DNA of 54,765 bases from Bdellovibrionales bacterium (lineage in GTDB: Bacteria > Bdellovibrionota > Bdellovibrionia > Bdellovibrionales > JAGQZY01): NCBI GenBank assembly GCA_031426555.1, contig JANPLN010000045.1:1-54765 (forward strand), read 5' to 3'. Positions 28,479 through 38,300 of this stretch are shown one piece after another; positions within the stretch are counted from its first letter, which is position 1; each line of letters begins with the position of its first letter. The notes under the pieces were generated by a model that was not told where the DNA came from, did no database searches, and saw only the letters and a program-made list of their open reading frames with translations. The position numbers were made by a program, and so were the translations under genes.

Positions 28479-29438
28479 ATGCGTTTTGGCTCCGAACAGC
28501 TTCCTTATAATCCAATCTCTACCTACTACAAAAAGCTCTTTGGGCAAAAGGTTTTTAAGGTGCCGGTTTCCATTGCCGAAGACTGCCCCAATCGCGCCGG
28601 AATCAAGGGGATGAAGACATGCATTTTTTGTGATGAACACGGCTCGTTTGCCTATCCCAAAAGCCAAAAAGAGGAATTGCTAAAACAAATCCAAATGCAT
28701 AAAGCCAAGGTTTCGGAGCGCTTCAATTCGCAAAAGTTTGTGGTTTATTTTCAGGCCTACACCAGCACCTTTACGCAGCTGCAAAAAATCAAGGACGCTT
28801 TCGAAGTGGCCATGCAACAGCCCGACATGGTGGGGATCGTGGTGGGCACGCGACCCGATTGTATCTCAGACGCGCTTTTAGATCTTTGGAAAGAAACCTC
28901 GGAAAAAACATTCTTATCCATCGAAATCGGCGTACAGAGTTTTGATAACAAACAATTGGAGTGGATGCGTCGTGGGCACACAGCCGAGCACTCCGTCAAA
29001 GCCATCAAGCGCATTCGCGAACGCTGCCCAAAAGTGGATTTGGGTGTGCATTTGATGTTTGGTTGGCCCGGCGAAACGCTGGAAGATGTGCGAGAATCCG
29101 CGCGCCTGTGTAACGAACTGCCGATTAACAATGTAAAACTTCACAATCTACATGTCCTCAAAAACACGCCGCTTGAAGACATGTTTTTTAAAAAAGAATT
29201 CACTCCCGTGGAATTTGCCGAGTACTGCGCTCTGGTTGGAGCTTTTTTAGTGGAGCTATCGCCAGAAATTTATCTCCACCGCCTGGTGGCTTTGGCCTCG
29301 CGCTGGGATGAGTTGATCGCTCCGGAGTGGACACGCTTTAAAATGACCAATTATCAAAAGATGATCGACTATCTCAACACCCAGCAAATTTACCAGGGCC
29401 AAAATTTTTCGCCCCTCTTGGAGACAGCCCGCCTATGA
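28479..29438 (+). CDS. TIGR01212 (YhcC/YtqA-type) radical SAM protein
   Basis: CPNRAGIKGMKTCIFC (CX11CX2C), YFQAYTST, GTRPDC, EIGVQS, RGHT, KLHNLHVLKNT. Confidence 0.9.
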   Translation: MRFGSEQLPYNPISTYYKKLFGQKVFKVPVSIAEDCPNRAGIKGMKTCIFCDEHGSFAYPKSQKEELLKQIQMHKAKVSERFNSQKFVVYFQAYTSTFTQLQKIKDAFEVAMQQPDMVGIVVGTRPDCISDALLDLWKETSEKTFLSIEIGVQSFDNKQLEWMRRGHTAEHSVKAIKRIRERCPKVDLGVHLMFGWPGETLEDVRESARLCNELPINNVKLHNLHVLKNTPLEDMFFKKEFTPVEFAEYCALVGAFLVELSPEIYLHRLVALASRWDELIAPEWTRFKMTNYQKMIDYLNTQQIYQGQNFSPLLETARL

Positions 29439-30151
29439 AACTAACGTCGAAATTAACGTCGAAATCAGCGTCGAAATCAACGTCGAAAAAAAATGAAGAA
29501 AAACAAATTGATCTCGTCAAAGAAGCCATTGTTCGCTACTGCAACCTTTTGCATAAAAAAAATATGCTCGCGGCCGCCGACGGCAATGTTAGCTATCGCA
29601 TTTCGGATGGCGAAATTTTAATTACTCCTTCGGGCGTGCCCAAGGCATTCATCGAGGCGGATGATATAGCAGTGATTGATCTTGCGAATAACGTGATCAA
29701 AGGTCGTCCCTCCGGAGAACGCCAGATGCACCTCGAAGTTTATCGCAAGTGTCCGCAGGCGCGCGCGGTGGTGCATGCGCATCCGCCATCGGCCATTGCG
29801 TGGTCTGTGGCCTATCCAGCCATGGAAGAGCTGCCCTCGGAATGTTTGTCGGAAGTTATTTTAGCAGCCGGAAGAATCCCAATTGTTCCTTACGCACGCC
29901 CTGGTGGCATGGAAATGGGCACAAACCTGCATGCCTATTTGCCAGACTGTCGAGCGATGATTTTAAGTCGGCACGGCGCCATCTGTTGGGGCGAATCTTT
30001 ACGTGAAGCCTATTGTGGAATGGAGCGGATTGAACACTCGGCAGATATTTTGCTGCGGGCAAAGGCGCTGGGACAGTTGACATCGCTTCCCGAAGAAGAA
30101 GTTGCAGCTTTGCGCGAGATGCGCAAAAAAATGGGAGACCGACTGTTGTGA
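29435..30151 (+). CDS. Class II aldolase/adducin family protein (probable methylthio-/deoxy-ribulose-1-P aldolase)
   Basis: DGNVS, ITPSG, PSGE..MH, VVHAHP, RHG metal ligands; 4-nt overlaps with both neighbours. Confidence 0.85.
   Translation: MKLTSKLTSKSASKSTSKKNEEKQIDLVKEAIVRYCNLLHKKNMLAAADGNVSYRISDGEILITPSGVPKAFIEADDIAVIDLANNVIKGRPSGERQMHLEVYRKCPQARAVVHAHPPSAIAWSVAYPAMEELPSECLSEVILAAGRIPIVPYARPGGMEMGTNLHAYLPDCRAMILSRHGAICWGESLREAYCGMERIEHSADILLRAKALGQLTSLPEEEVAALREMRKKMGDRLL
29441..29488 (+). repeat. 12-bp tandem repeat x4 at the aldolase N-terminus
   Basis: CTAACGTCGAAA TTAACGTCGAAA TCAGCGTCGAAA TCAACGTCGAAA (LTSK LTSK SASK STSK). Confidence 0.85.
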
Positions 30152-31191
30152 ACTCACTCAAAGTAAATCTGACGACCGTAAACTTAACTTCGCGCGCGCT
30201 CAAATATCAAGATGGAGTCTTGTCGATCCTCGATCAGCAACTGTTGCCGCTCGAAAAAAACTGGATCGTGATTGCTGACCCGGAGCAAATGATTTCGGTG
30301 ATTCAGTCTTTGAAAGTTCGGGGGGCACCGTTGATTGGTGTGGCGGCAGCTCTGTCCTTGGCTGATTGGTTTAAAAATTCAAAGCCGACACGAACTGCGT
30401 TTTTAGCAATGGCGCACAAAATGCGCGAGGCTCGCCCTACCGCAATCAACCTCATGAATGCTGTGGATCGCATGACTCAGGCGCCTGAGGCGGAAATTAT
30501 TTCCATGGCTTTTCAGTTGTTTGAAGAAGATGTGAGACTTTGTGAGGAGATGAGTTCGTGCGCCAGTCAAAAAATCGCTGATGGCGACGGTGTGCTTACC
30601 CATTGCAATACAGGCGGCTTGGCCACAGTGGGTATCGGCACCGCCCTTGGAGCCATTAGCAAAGCGTGGCAGCAAAAAAAACAAATTCATGTTTACGTCG
30701 ACGAAACTCGCCCTCTGCTTCAGGGGGGACGATTAACAGCGTGGGAGTTGGATCAAATGAATATCCCGCATACTTTGATTTGCGATAACATGGCTGGATA
30801 TTTAATGTCGCAAGGAAAAATTCAGAAAGCTTTTGTGGGAACCGATCGCATTGCCATGAATGGTGATTTTGCAAACAAGGTTGGAACATACTCTGTGGCC
30901 GTGCTTTGCCATTTTCATAAAATTCCGTTTTTTGTGGTGGCTCCATCGACTACGGTGGATAAAAACTGTTTTTCGGGGAAAGATATCCCCATCGAAGAGC
31001 GCAAACCTTTTGAGGTTCGTGGAGTAGAAGGTTCTTTTGGCTCTGTTCAATGGGCGCCCGAAACATCTCCGGTTTACAATCCTGCGTTTGATGTCACACC
31101 TGTTGAGTTAGTGACGGGGATAATTATTGATGATGAGTATTTTTCGCAAAAAGAATTAAGAGCCGGGATATTAGGTACCAAGTACCTTTAG
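30148..31191 (+). CDS. mtnA: Methylthioribose-1-phosphate isomerase
   Basis: LDQQLLP, VRGAPLIG, ARPTAINL, LTHCNTGGLAT, DETRPLLQGGRLTAWEL, NPAFDVTP. Confidence 0.95.
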   Translation: MNSLKVNLTTVNLTSRALKYQDGVLSILDQQLLPLEKNWIVIADPEQMISVIQSLKVRGAPLIGVAAALSLADWFKNSKPTRTAFLAMAHKMREARPTAINLMNAVDRMTQAPEAEIISMAFQLFEEDVRLCEEMSSCASQKIADGDGVLTHCNTGGLATVGIGTALGAISKAWQQKKQIHVYVDETRPLLQGGRLTAWELDQMNIPHTLICDNMAGYLMSQGKIQKAFVGTDRIAMNGDFANKVGTYSVAVLCHFHKIPFFVVAPSTTVDKNCFSGKDIPIEERKPFEVRGVEGSFGSVQWAPETSPVYNPAFDVTPVELVTGIIIDDEYFSQKELRAGILGTKYL

Positions 31192-31199
31192 GAGAAATT

Positions 31200-32057
31200 A
31201 TGTGGGCAATTATCGGCGGATCAGGGTTTGAAAAATTTGATCAATTCAAAGCATTAGAAAATCTCGATCGCGCCACACCTTTTGGCATTTGCTCCGAAGG
31301 GCTCAAAAAAGGGATTGTTGGCGGGCAGGAGGTTTTATTTTTACCCCGGCACGGACTGCACCACGATCTAACACCCTCAACCGTGAATTATCGCGCGAAT
31401 ATCTATGCCCTTAAAAAACATGGTGCAAAACAGCTGTTGTCGTTCTCTGCCGTGGGAAGTTTACGCAATGATCTTCCCCCAGGAGATATGGTTGTGCCCA
31501 GCCAGTATATCAACTTTACCAAAGGCCGAATCTCGTCGTTTAGTGGTGACGGATTGGTTTCCCACACATCGTTAGCCATTCCGGTGTCGCAAAAACTTGT
31601 GGAAGAAACAAAAAAAATTGCAGCCCAAGCGCAATTTCACACTGAATTTAGCTGTCACTTTGACAAAGTGTCAATTGTTGTTGAGGGGCCTTATTTTTCT
31701 ACGAAGGCCGAGTCGAATCTGTTTCGTGCATGGGGAGCCGACATCATCGGAATGACGGCGTTCCCGGAGTACGCGCTGGCACGGGAGGCAGGGCTCGCCT
31801 TTTTGCCTTGTAGCTTTGTCACAGACTATGATTGTTGGAAAGACGATATTCCCCATGTCACTGTGCACGAGGTGATGGAGACCATGAAAAAGAATAATCT
31901 GAAGGCCTTTGAAATTGCAAAAGTCATTGTGAGCTTTCCTAAAGCGATTTTGAGCGCAGCCAGTGAGATGGAGAATGGTCTAAAAAATTCCATGATGACT
32001 CCGCAGGAAAAGTTGACTGAAGAACAGCGGCTGTGGTTACAAACGCTTCTTACCTAG
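31200..32057 (+). CDS. mtnP: S-methyl-5'-thioadenosine phosphorylase
   Basis: IIGGSG, FLPRHG..H, VNYRANI, SAVGSL, EGPYFSTKAES, GMT..PE..LARE, TDYDCW. Confidence 0.9.
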   Translation: MWAIIGGSGFEKFDQFKALENLDRATPFGICSEGLKKGIVGGQEVLFLPRHGLHHDLTPSTVNYRANIYALKKHGAKQLLSFSAVGSLRNDLPPGDMVVPSQYINFTKGRISSFSGDGLVSHTSLAIPVSQKLVEETKKIAAQAQFHTEFSCHFDKVSIVVEGPYFSTKAESNLFRAWGADIIGMTAFPEYALAREAGLAFLPCSFVTDYDCWKDDIPHVTVHEVMETMKKNNLKAFEIAKVIVSFPKAILSAASEMENGLKNSMMTPQEKLTEEQRLWLQTLLT

Positions 32058-32080
32058 GTCGAGTTTACGACATAGTCCCA

Positions 32081-32108
32081 TCAGGTACCGGCCTCCTTTT
32101 GCCGATAC
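32081..32108 (+). promoter_or_regulatory. Sigma28-like promoter, 6 nt before the ATG at 32115
   Basis: TCAGG-N15-GCCGATAC. Confidence 0.5.
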
Positions 32109-32114
32109 CGTCAT

Positions 32115-32942
32115 ATGACCCGTGGACAAAAAATTCAAGAATTACTGATACAAATTCTGGTTTTATGGTTTGCCTATTCGAACATCGCAAACGTTAGTTA
32201 TCGACCGGTGATTAATCGCGGATTTGCGGCCGTGGCTTTTGTCGTCATTCTTTCGGGACTCATCATGCACGCACTGAATTTTTTTAAAAACGATGCTTAC
32301 TTTTCAGCAGGAAAACTGACTAGTTCCAAAAAGTTATGGATATCTTTTGCTGTGGGTATTGCAAGTATCGTTTTTTGCTTGCTGTTTGGTTTTACCAATT
32401 TACTTTATTTTTCGCCATTGATTCTTGCTTATCCTGTATTTTACTTTTTTCAGCATCAATGGCTTCCGCGCGCGATTTTGTTAGTCGGCTTAATTTTTGT
32501 GACCTACTCGCAAATGCGCCTCACGCAAAACGATCGACTGCATGCCGTGGTGATGTGGATGTCGAAACACCCTGAGCGCTACAACAATGCTGTGCTCAAA
32601 TCCTTCGATCGTAAAACGCTCACGGCGCGGCAGGCTTACGATGTGGCAAACTTGCTAATTTTGCATCCCGATGAAGCCTTCAGGGATTATAAAACAGGTC
32701 GCGAATTTGCTCAAATCGCTTTAAAAATGCCAACCAATCCTCTATTTTCTAAAAAAATTGCCTACACCTTGGCCTGCGCCATGATCGGCGAGAAAAAAAT
32801 AGAAAACGCGCGAAAGGTGGCGTCTACCTACAAAATTGACGATCTTGAGGAAATTCTCGATTCCAATTCCCAGTGTGAACCTTTGCCCACGCGGAGTCCC
32901 GCGTCCATCGTTCGACCCAAAAAGTATAAGTACTACTTTTGA
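32115..32942 (+). CDS. Multi-pass membrane protein with soluble C-terminal domain
   Basis: About five hydrophobic segments in the N-terminal half; C-terminal RSPAS motif. Confidence 0.75.
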   Translation: MTRGQKIQELLIQILVLWFAYSNIANVSYRPVINRGFAAVAFVVILSGLIMHALNFFKNDAYFSAGKLTSSKKLWISFAVGIASIVFCLLFGFTNLLYFSPLILAYPVFYFFQHQWLPRAILLVGLIFVTYSQMRLTQNDRLHAVVMWMSKHPERYNNAVLKSFDRKTLTARQAYDVANLLILHPDEAFRDYKTGREFAQIALKMPTNPLFSKKIAYTLACAMIGEKKIENARKVASTYKIDDLEEILDSNSQCEPLPTRSPASIVRPKKYKYYF

Positions 32943-34018
32943 TAATCCGTTTTTAAACTGAGTTTTTCTTTTTTATTTTCGATCGCCAGCTGAATGAGCT
33001 CGTCGAGAAGCTTTGAATAAGCCAAACCCGTGGCTTCCCACATTTTTGGGTACATACTGATGCTGGTAAAGCCGGGAATGGTATTCACTTCGTTGAGATA
33101 AATTTGTCCGTCATTTTTATCGAGAAAAAAATCTACGCGCGCCATACCGCGAAGCTCTAAACAGACAAAGGCGTCGGTGGCCATTTTTTGCAATCGTTCG
33201 ACAACAGCGGGGCCCAGCCCCTCGGCAGGGATTTTTAAATCAGCGCCATTTTCGTCGAGGTATTTGGATTCGTAACTATAAAACTCGTGGTGTGGAACGA
33301 TTTCGCCGATGATGCTGGCTTTCGGAGTGTGGTTGCCAAGAACCGAGCATTCCAGCTCTCTGGCGGCAATCGCCTTTTCGGCGAGGACTTTAGAGTCAAA
33401 ACTAAAAGCGTCGGCTAGTTTTTCTAATGCCTCGCCCTTAGTTTTTATTTTATGCACTCCCACGGAGGACCCCGAGTTTGCGGGTTTAACAAAGAAAGGA
33501 AGCCCTAGAGTTTGGATGCAGTGATCAATATGCTTTTGCGGATTTTGATCGTAGGTGTGTTTTCGGAGAGTGACAGAGGGAACAACCGTAATGCCCGCTT
33601 GGGACAGCAAACGTTTGCAAACGTCTTTGTCCATGCCCACAGCAGAGCCCAACACGCCCGAACCCACGTACGGAATCTTTGTAAGCTCGAGCAAGCCCTG
33701 GATGGTGCCATCCTCCCCATTTGTGCCGTGAAGGATGGGAACAATGACATCGTAGGAAGTCTTTTCGGACTGGTAGGGATTGATCACCATGGTGTTTGGC
33801 TCTTGAGTCAACTGAATGAGGCGAGGATTGCGGCTGTTAGCTAAAAGCTGGGGATCCTGCGGCACCAACCAGCGTCCCGATTTATCGATGCCGATAAGAT
33901 GGACATCGTACTTGCTCTTATCTAAAGCTTTATAGACCGAGGTGGCAGAAACAATGCTGACTTCGTGTTCGCCCGATTGACCACCAAATAAAACTGCGAC
34001 TTTTAATTTTTGCCCCAT
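32933..34018 (-). CDS. ddl: D-alanine--D-alanine ligase
   Basis: LFGGQSGEHEVSI, LHGTNGEDGTIQG, VKPANSGSSVG, FYSYESKY, LNEVNTIPGFT. Confidence 0.95.
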   Translation of the reverse strand: MGQKLKVAVLFGGQSGEHEVSIVSATSVYKALDKSKYDVHLIGIDKSGRWLVPQDPQLLANSRNPRLIQLTQEPNTMVINPYQSEKTSYDVIVPILHGTNGEDGTIQGLLELTKIPYVGSGVLGSAVGMDKDVCKRLLSQAGITVVPSVTLRKHTYDQNPQKHIDHCIQTLGLPFFVKPANSGSSVGVHKIKTKGEALEKLADAFSFDSKVLAEKAIAARELECSVLGNHTPKASIIGEIVPHHEFYSYESKYLDENGADLKIPAEGLGPAVVERLQKMATDAFVCLELRGMARVDFFLDKNDGQIYLNEVNTIPGFTSISMYPKMWEATGLAYSKLLDELIQLAIENKKEKLSLKTDYQK

Positions 34019-34150
34019 GGCATTATTAAAGCTTAAGTCCACGGAGGTGTCACAGAAAAATCTTGAGCCCAGTGCACATTGGCCATATGATGATTTCCTA
34101 GGCATTAAGGCCTTATTAACACAACCATAAAAATAACCTAAGGATACGAT

Positions 34151-34426
34151 ATGAAAAAAGTTGTTATGCTAGTGAGTTTACTTTTGGGTTTTCAAGTTTA
34201 CGCGGCTCCGACGGTGAGCCCCACTTCTACTTCAACCAACGAAGAAGAAATCACATTAGAAGATCTGCAAGCTGAATTCTTAAAAGAAGCGGACACTTTG
34301 GTTGTGGACGAAGACGACGTGAACTTTTTGGATGAAGAGATTGAGAAAAAAGCGGTTGCAACTGGTTCATCTTCTGATTCAAAAGCTACAGTGAAAGCGC
34401 CAACGAACACTCCCATTAAAAAATAA
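34151..34426 (+). CDS. Small acidic exported protein
   Basis: RBS AAGGA; signal peptide ending VYA|A; acidic core. Confidence 0.7.
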   Translation: MKKVVMLVSLLLGFQVYAAPTVSPTSTSTNEEEITLEDLQAEFLKEADTLVVDEDDVNFLDEEIEKKAVATGSSSDSKATVKAPTNTPIKK

Positions 34427-34428
34427 TT

Positions 34429-35118
34429 TCAGTTTGAGGTTTCGATAAGCCTTTCAACCGAATACAACCCAGCTGTCCTGTACAGCTGGTGTTTGCCATA
34501 AGATAAGCGAGAAACAAAGCTTGTTCCTTTTAAAGCGTTAACAGCTCGCACAAAATCATTTTGCTGAACGACGGCACTTTGTTCTGCATCGTTTTTCCAC
34601 TGTTTGCTCGCCATACTCGCCATGTCAAAAAAATAATTTTCGTCTTTTGTGTAATCGCCGGCGTGGGAAAATTCGTGATAGATAATCACAATGGGTGGCG
34701 CAAGACCTGCTTCTTCGAAAGCGCCATGGCTTAACCAGCCCTCTCGATGGTACATCACCGCGGCTTGATAAGGATGTGCCACCAGAATTCCGCCAATTTC
34801 TTTTCCCATAAGGGAGCACTGGCAAACAGCTTCCATCTGAGTGCGAAGAAATGCTTCGTTGTTGAAGGTCACTGCTGAAAAATTTGGTTCAGTGATATTT
34901 ATGAGTTCTTCTGAGGAGGAGTTTTGCATAAGCACATTGTTGGCCCATAAAATTATTTTCTTCGACTGAAGGACGGCTTGCAGAGAACTATTTTTTGGAA
35001 AGACTTGCAGGATTTCTTGGATGGCGAGTTGTTTTTCTGCGAAAAAAGGGTCGTGATCTGGAAAGATAATCTCTGCATGGCTCACATAAAAAATAAATAG
35101 CGAAAATAATATCCCCAC
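34429..35118 (-). CDS. Exported zinc metallopeptidase-like protein (HExxH)
   Basis: Signal peptide SHA|E; IIYHEFSHA; downstream AEQSAV..N...R.SY. Confidence 0.6.
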   Translation of the reverse strand: MGILFSLFIFYVSHAEIIFPDHDPFFAEKQLAIQEILQVFPKNSSLQAVLQSKKIILWANNVLMQNSSSEELINITEPNFSAVTFNNEAFLRTQMEAVCQCSLMGKEIGGILVAHPYQAAVMYHREGWLSHGAFEEAGLAPPIVIIYHEFSHAGDYTKDENYFFDMASMASKQWKNDAEQSAVVQQNDFVRAVNALKGTSFVSRLSYGKHQLYRTAGLYSVERLIETSN

Positions 35119-35333
35119 GAAATTCCCCCCGATGAGAAGTCTAGTAGGTTGAACGTACGAGTTGAAGAGTGTTTACCGAGGGCTGAAAAAATTACGAACG
35201 GAGAGTGTTTTGTAATGATACAAAGTACAAATCTCAATCGTGTAGATTCGTTTCAGTGTGAGGCACAGAAAAATCAAACCACAGCGGTAAGTTGTATCAT
35301 AATATTTATTCCGTAGAACTTTTGTCCAGAAAC

Positions 35334-35360
35334 TTAAGATTGTAGGGTTTTGACCGATAC
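35334..35360 (+). promoter_or_regulatory. Sigma28-like promoter of the giant fibre gene
   Basis: TTAAGATT-N11-ACCGATAC, 6 nt before the ATG at 35367; no SD sequence. Confidence 0.55.
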
Positions 35361-35366
35361 GTTTGT

Positions 35367-38300
35367 ATGGTGCTACGCCTGCAATTTTACTCATTAAAAT
35401 GTACCTTGTACTTACTTGGTTTGCTCCTTTCTCTGCCATCTTTTGCACAAGCCCAAACCGAGCCTCCGCAGTTTATGACTGTTGATGGCAGGCTTTACGA
35501 TTCCACCACGCCTGAGGATCCGCTCTTAGATAATTCTGTGTTGATGAAAATCCAAATTCTAAACCCTGCAAAAACTTGTATTTTGTACGAGGAAGAACAA
35601 ACGGTTAGCACACTATCGTCGAACGGATATTTTAATGTTCGCGTGGGCTCACCAACAGCGGGGGCGGAGTCGCTAAAGCGCACCACAGCCACCATCGATG
35701 TTGGAAATTCCATGATGGAAGTTTTCCAAAACCAAAACGCAAGTGTCGCTGGAAAAACTTCGGGCGGTGCGGGTTGTGGATACACTCCGGCAGCTGGCGA
35801 TACAAGATACTTTCGTTTTGTGGTTACCCCAAGCACGACCGGCGTAACAAGCACGCTGTCGCCTGATATGCAGATTGATTCGGTACCGCAGTCGTTGGTT
35901 GCCGAAACTTTGCAAGGCATGACGCCCTCTAATTTCGTGCAAACTAACACAGACGTAACTCAGGCAAAAGTGAATACGCTGTTTGGCGCAAGTTACACAA
36001 CGCTGAGCGGTTTGCTTGCTGGAAGTAGCTCCCTGTATTTGCAAAACACCACAAACGGCACGGTGATTCCAAACCGCGCGACGAATCCCGTCGCACCCAC
36101 AGCGGGGCAAATTTGGTACGATAGCGACGACTTTGTTCTTCGCTACTACGATGGCACAAGTGTTCTCACTCTTGGAACAAGCGGCGGCGATCCTACAAAG
36201 CTTCCGTTAGCTGGCGGAACCATGGCGGGCGCCATCGGCATGGGAAGCAATGATATCACCGACATTGGCCACATGACTCAGGCTGCGCAGAGAACATTTC
36301 GTTTTGGCGTTTACACCACGATTCAGCAAGGAACTTTAATTGCAACACCACTTGTGGCAGGTCACGAAGGCACGGTGTGGTACAACACCACGACGAACAA
36401 GCTGATGTTCTGGGATGGAACTGCAGAATTTGCAGTTTCGCCAGTGGACAGCGTGTTTGGTAGAACGGGTGCAGTTGTAGCGGCAGCGAGTGATTACGAT
36501 GCCAATCAAATCGATAACATTCCAGCAGGTGCCATTTCCGCTACGGAAGTGCAAGCTGCGATCAACGAACTCGATACCGAAAAAGTAGCCAAAGCTGGCG
36601 ACTCCATGGGCGGAGCATTAACTTTCAATACGCAAAATCAAGCGCGCTTTGCCGATAGCGCCGGTGGTGAATACGCGGCGATTCAAGCTCCTACGACTAT
36701 CGGAACAAACTACGTTCTAACGTTACCAGATACTGCCGGAACAAATGGCCAGGTGCTTTCAACAAACGGTTCAGGCGTTCTCAGTTGGATTGCAATTCCT
36801 TCAGCTCCAGTGACTACAGTTTTCGGAAGATCGGGCGCTGTCGTAGCGGCAGTGAGTGACTACGATTCCAATCAAATCGACAACACTCCTGCGGGTGCTA
36901 TTTCCGCTACGGAAGTGCAATCGGCTATTAACGAACTCGATACAGAGAAAGTCGCAAAAGCCGGCGACACCATGACTGGTGCGTTAAATATTGATAACGA
37001 ACAAGAATTAAGACTCTCCGAAGCCGATGGTAGCGGCGCAAACTATGTGGCGTTTAAAGCCCTAACCACCATGGGTGCAAATTACACGCTCACATTGCCT
37101 CCAGACGACGGTAACAGCGGTCAATATTTGCAAACCGATGGTAACGGTGTTCTAGCATGGGTCACTCCTGCAGGTGTTGGCGAAACCAACACCGCAAGCA
37201 ACCAAGGTGCTGGTGGCGTGGGTGTGTTTAAGCAGAAAACGACATTCGATTTGGAATTCAGAAACATAAATGCAGCCAGTAATAAAATCAGCGTGGCACT
37301 CGATGCGGGCAACAACGAAATCGACATCAACGTAAACGAAGCGAATTTAGCGATAACCACCAGAGCCATCAACACGGCGGCAGGTAGTGGACTGAGCGGC
37401 GGCGGAGATCTCTCGGCAGATCGCAGCTTGTCAGTTAATATTAATGGAACGACGGCAGAAACTGTGGCAGCGGCGAACGACGAGATTCTAGTTTACGATA
37501 CAAGCGCGACCGCGCTCCGTAAAATGGCTCGCAGTGATTTTTTAACCGGCTATTTAACTGCTGAGGCAGATACATTGGCTACAGTCACAGGTCGCGGGGC
37601 AAGCACGGCGACCACTATTACTCTCAACACTCAAGCGCAAGCTCGGTTTGCCGATAGCGCCGGTGGAGAGTACGCCGCCATTCAAGCTCCCACGACCATC
37701 GCAGCAAACTATGTTTTAACACTTCCAGATACGGCCGGTACAAATGGCCAAGTTCTTTCAACGAACGGTTCTGGCGTACTCAGCTGGATTGCAATTCCTT
37801 CAGCACCGGTCTCTACGGTGTTCGGCCGATCGGGTGCAGTCGTTGCTGCGGCCAGTGATTACGACGCCAATCAGATCGACAACACGGCAGCGGGAAACAT
37901 CGCAGCTACGGATGTGCAAGCTGCTCTCAATGAATTAGATACAGAAAAAGTAGCAAAAGCCGGCGACTCGATGACCGGCAGTTTAACCATGAACGCCCAA
38001 AACGAAGTCCGCTATGCTGATAGCGATTCATCAAATTACGTGGCTGTACGTTCGCCAGCGACTGTCGCATCGAATGTGACCCTCACATTACCTGCAACTG
38101 CTGGCTTAAGTGGTCAATACCTACAGACTGATGGCGCCGGAGTATTAAGCTGGGTGACCCCATCGGGCGCTGGAGAAACCAACACGGCGAGCAACCAAGG
38201 TGTTGGCGGAGTTGGATTGTACGATGCAAAATCAACATTTGATTTACAGTTTAGAAACATCAATGCGGCTTCAAACAAAGTGACTGTGGCATTGGATGCC

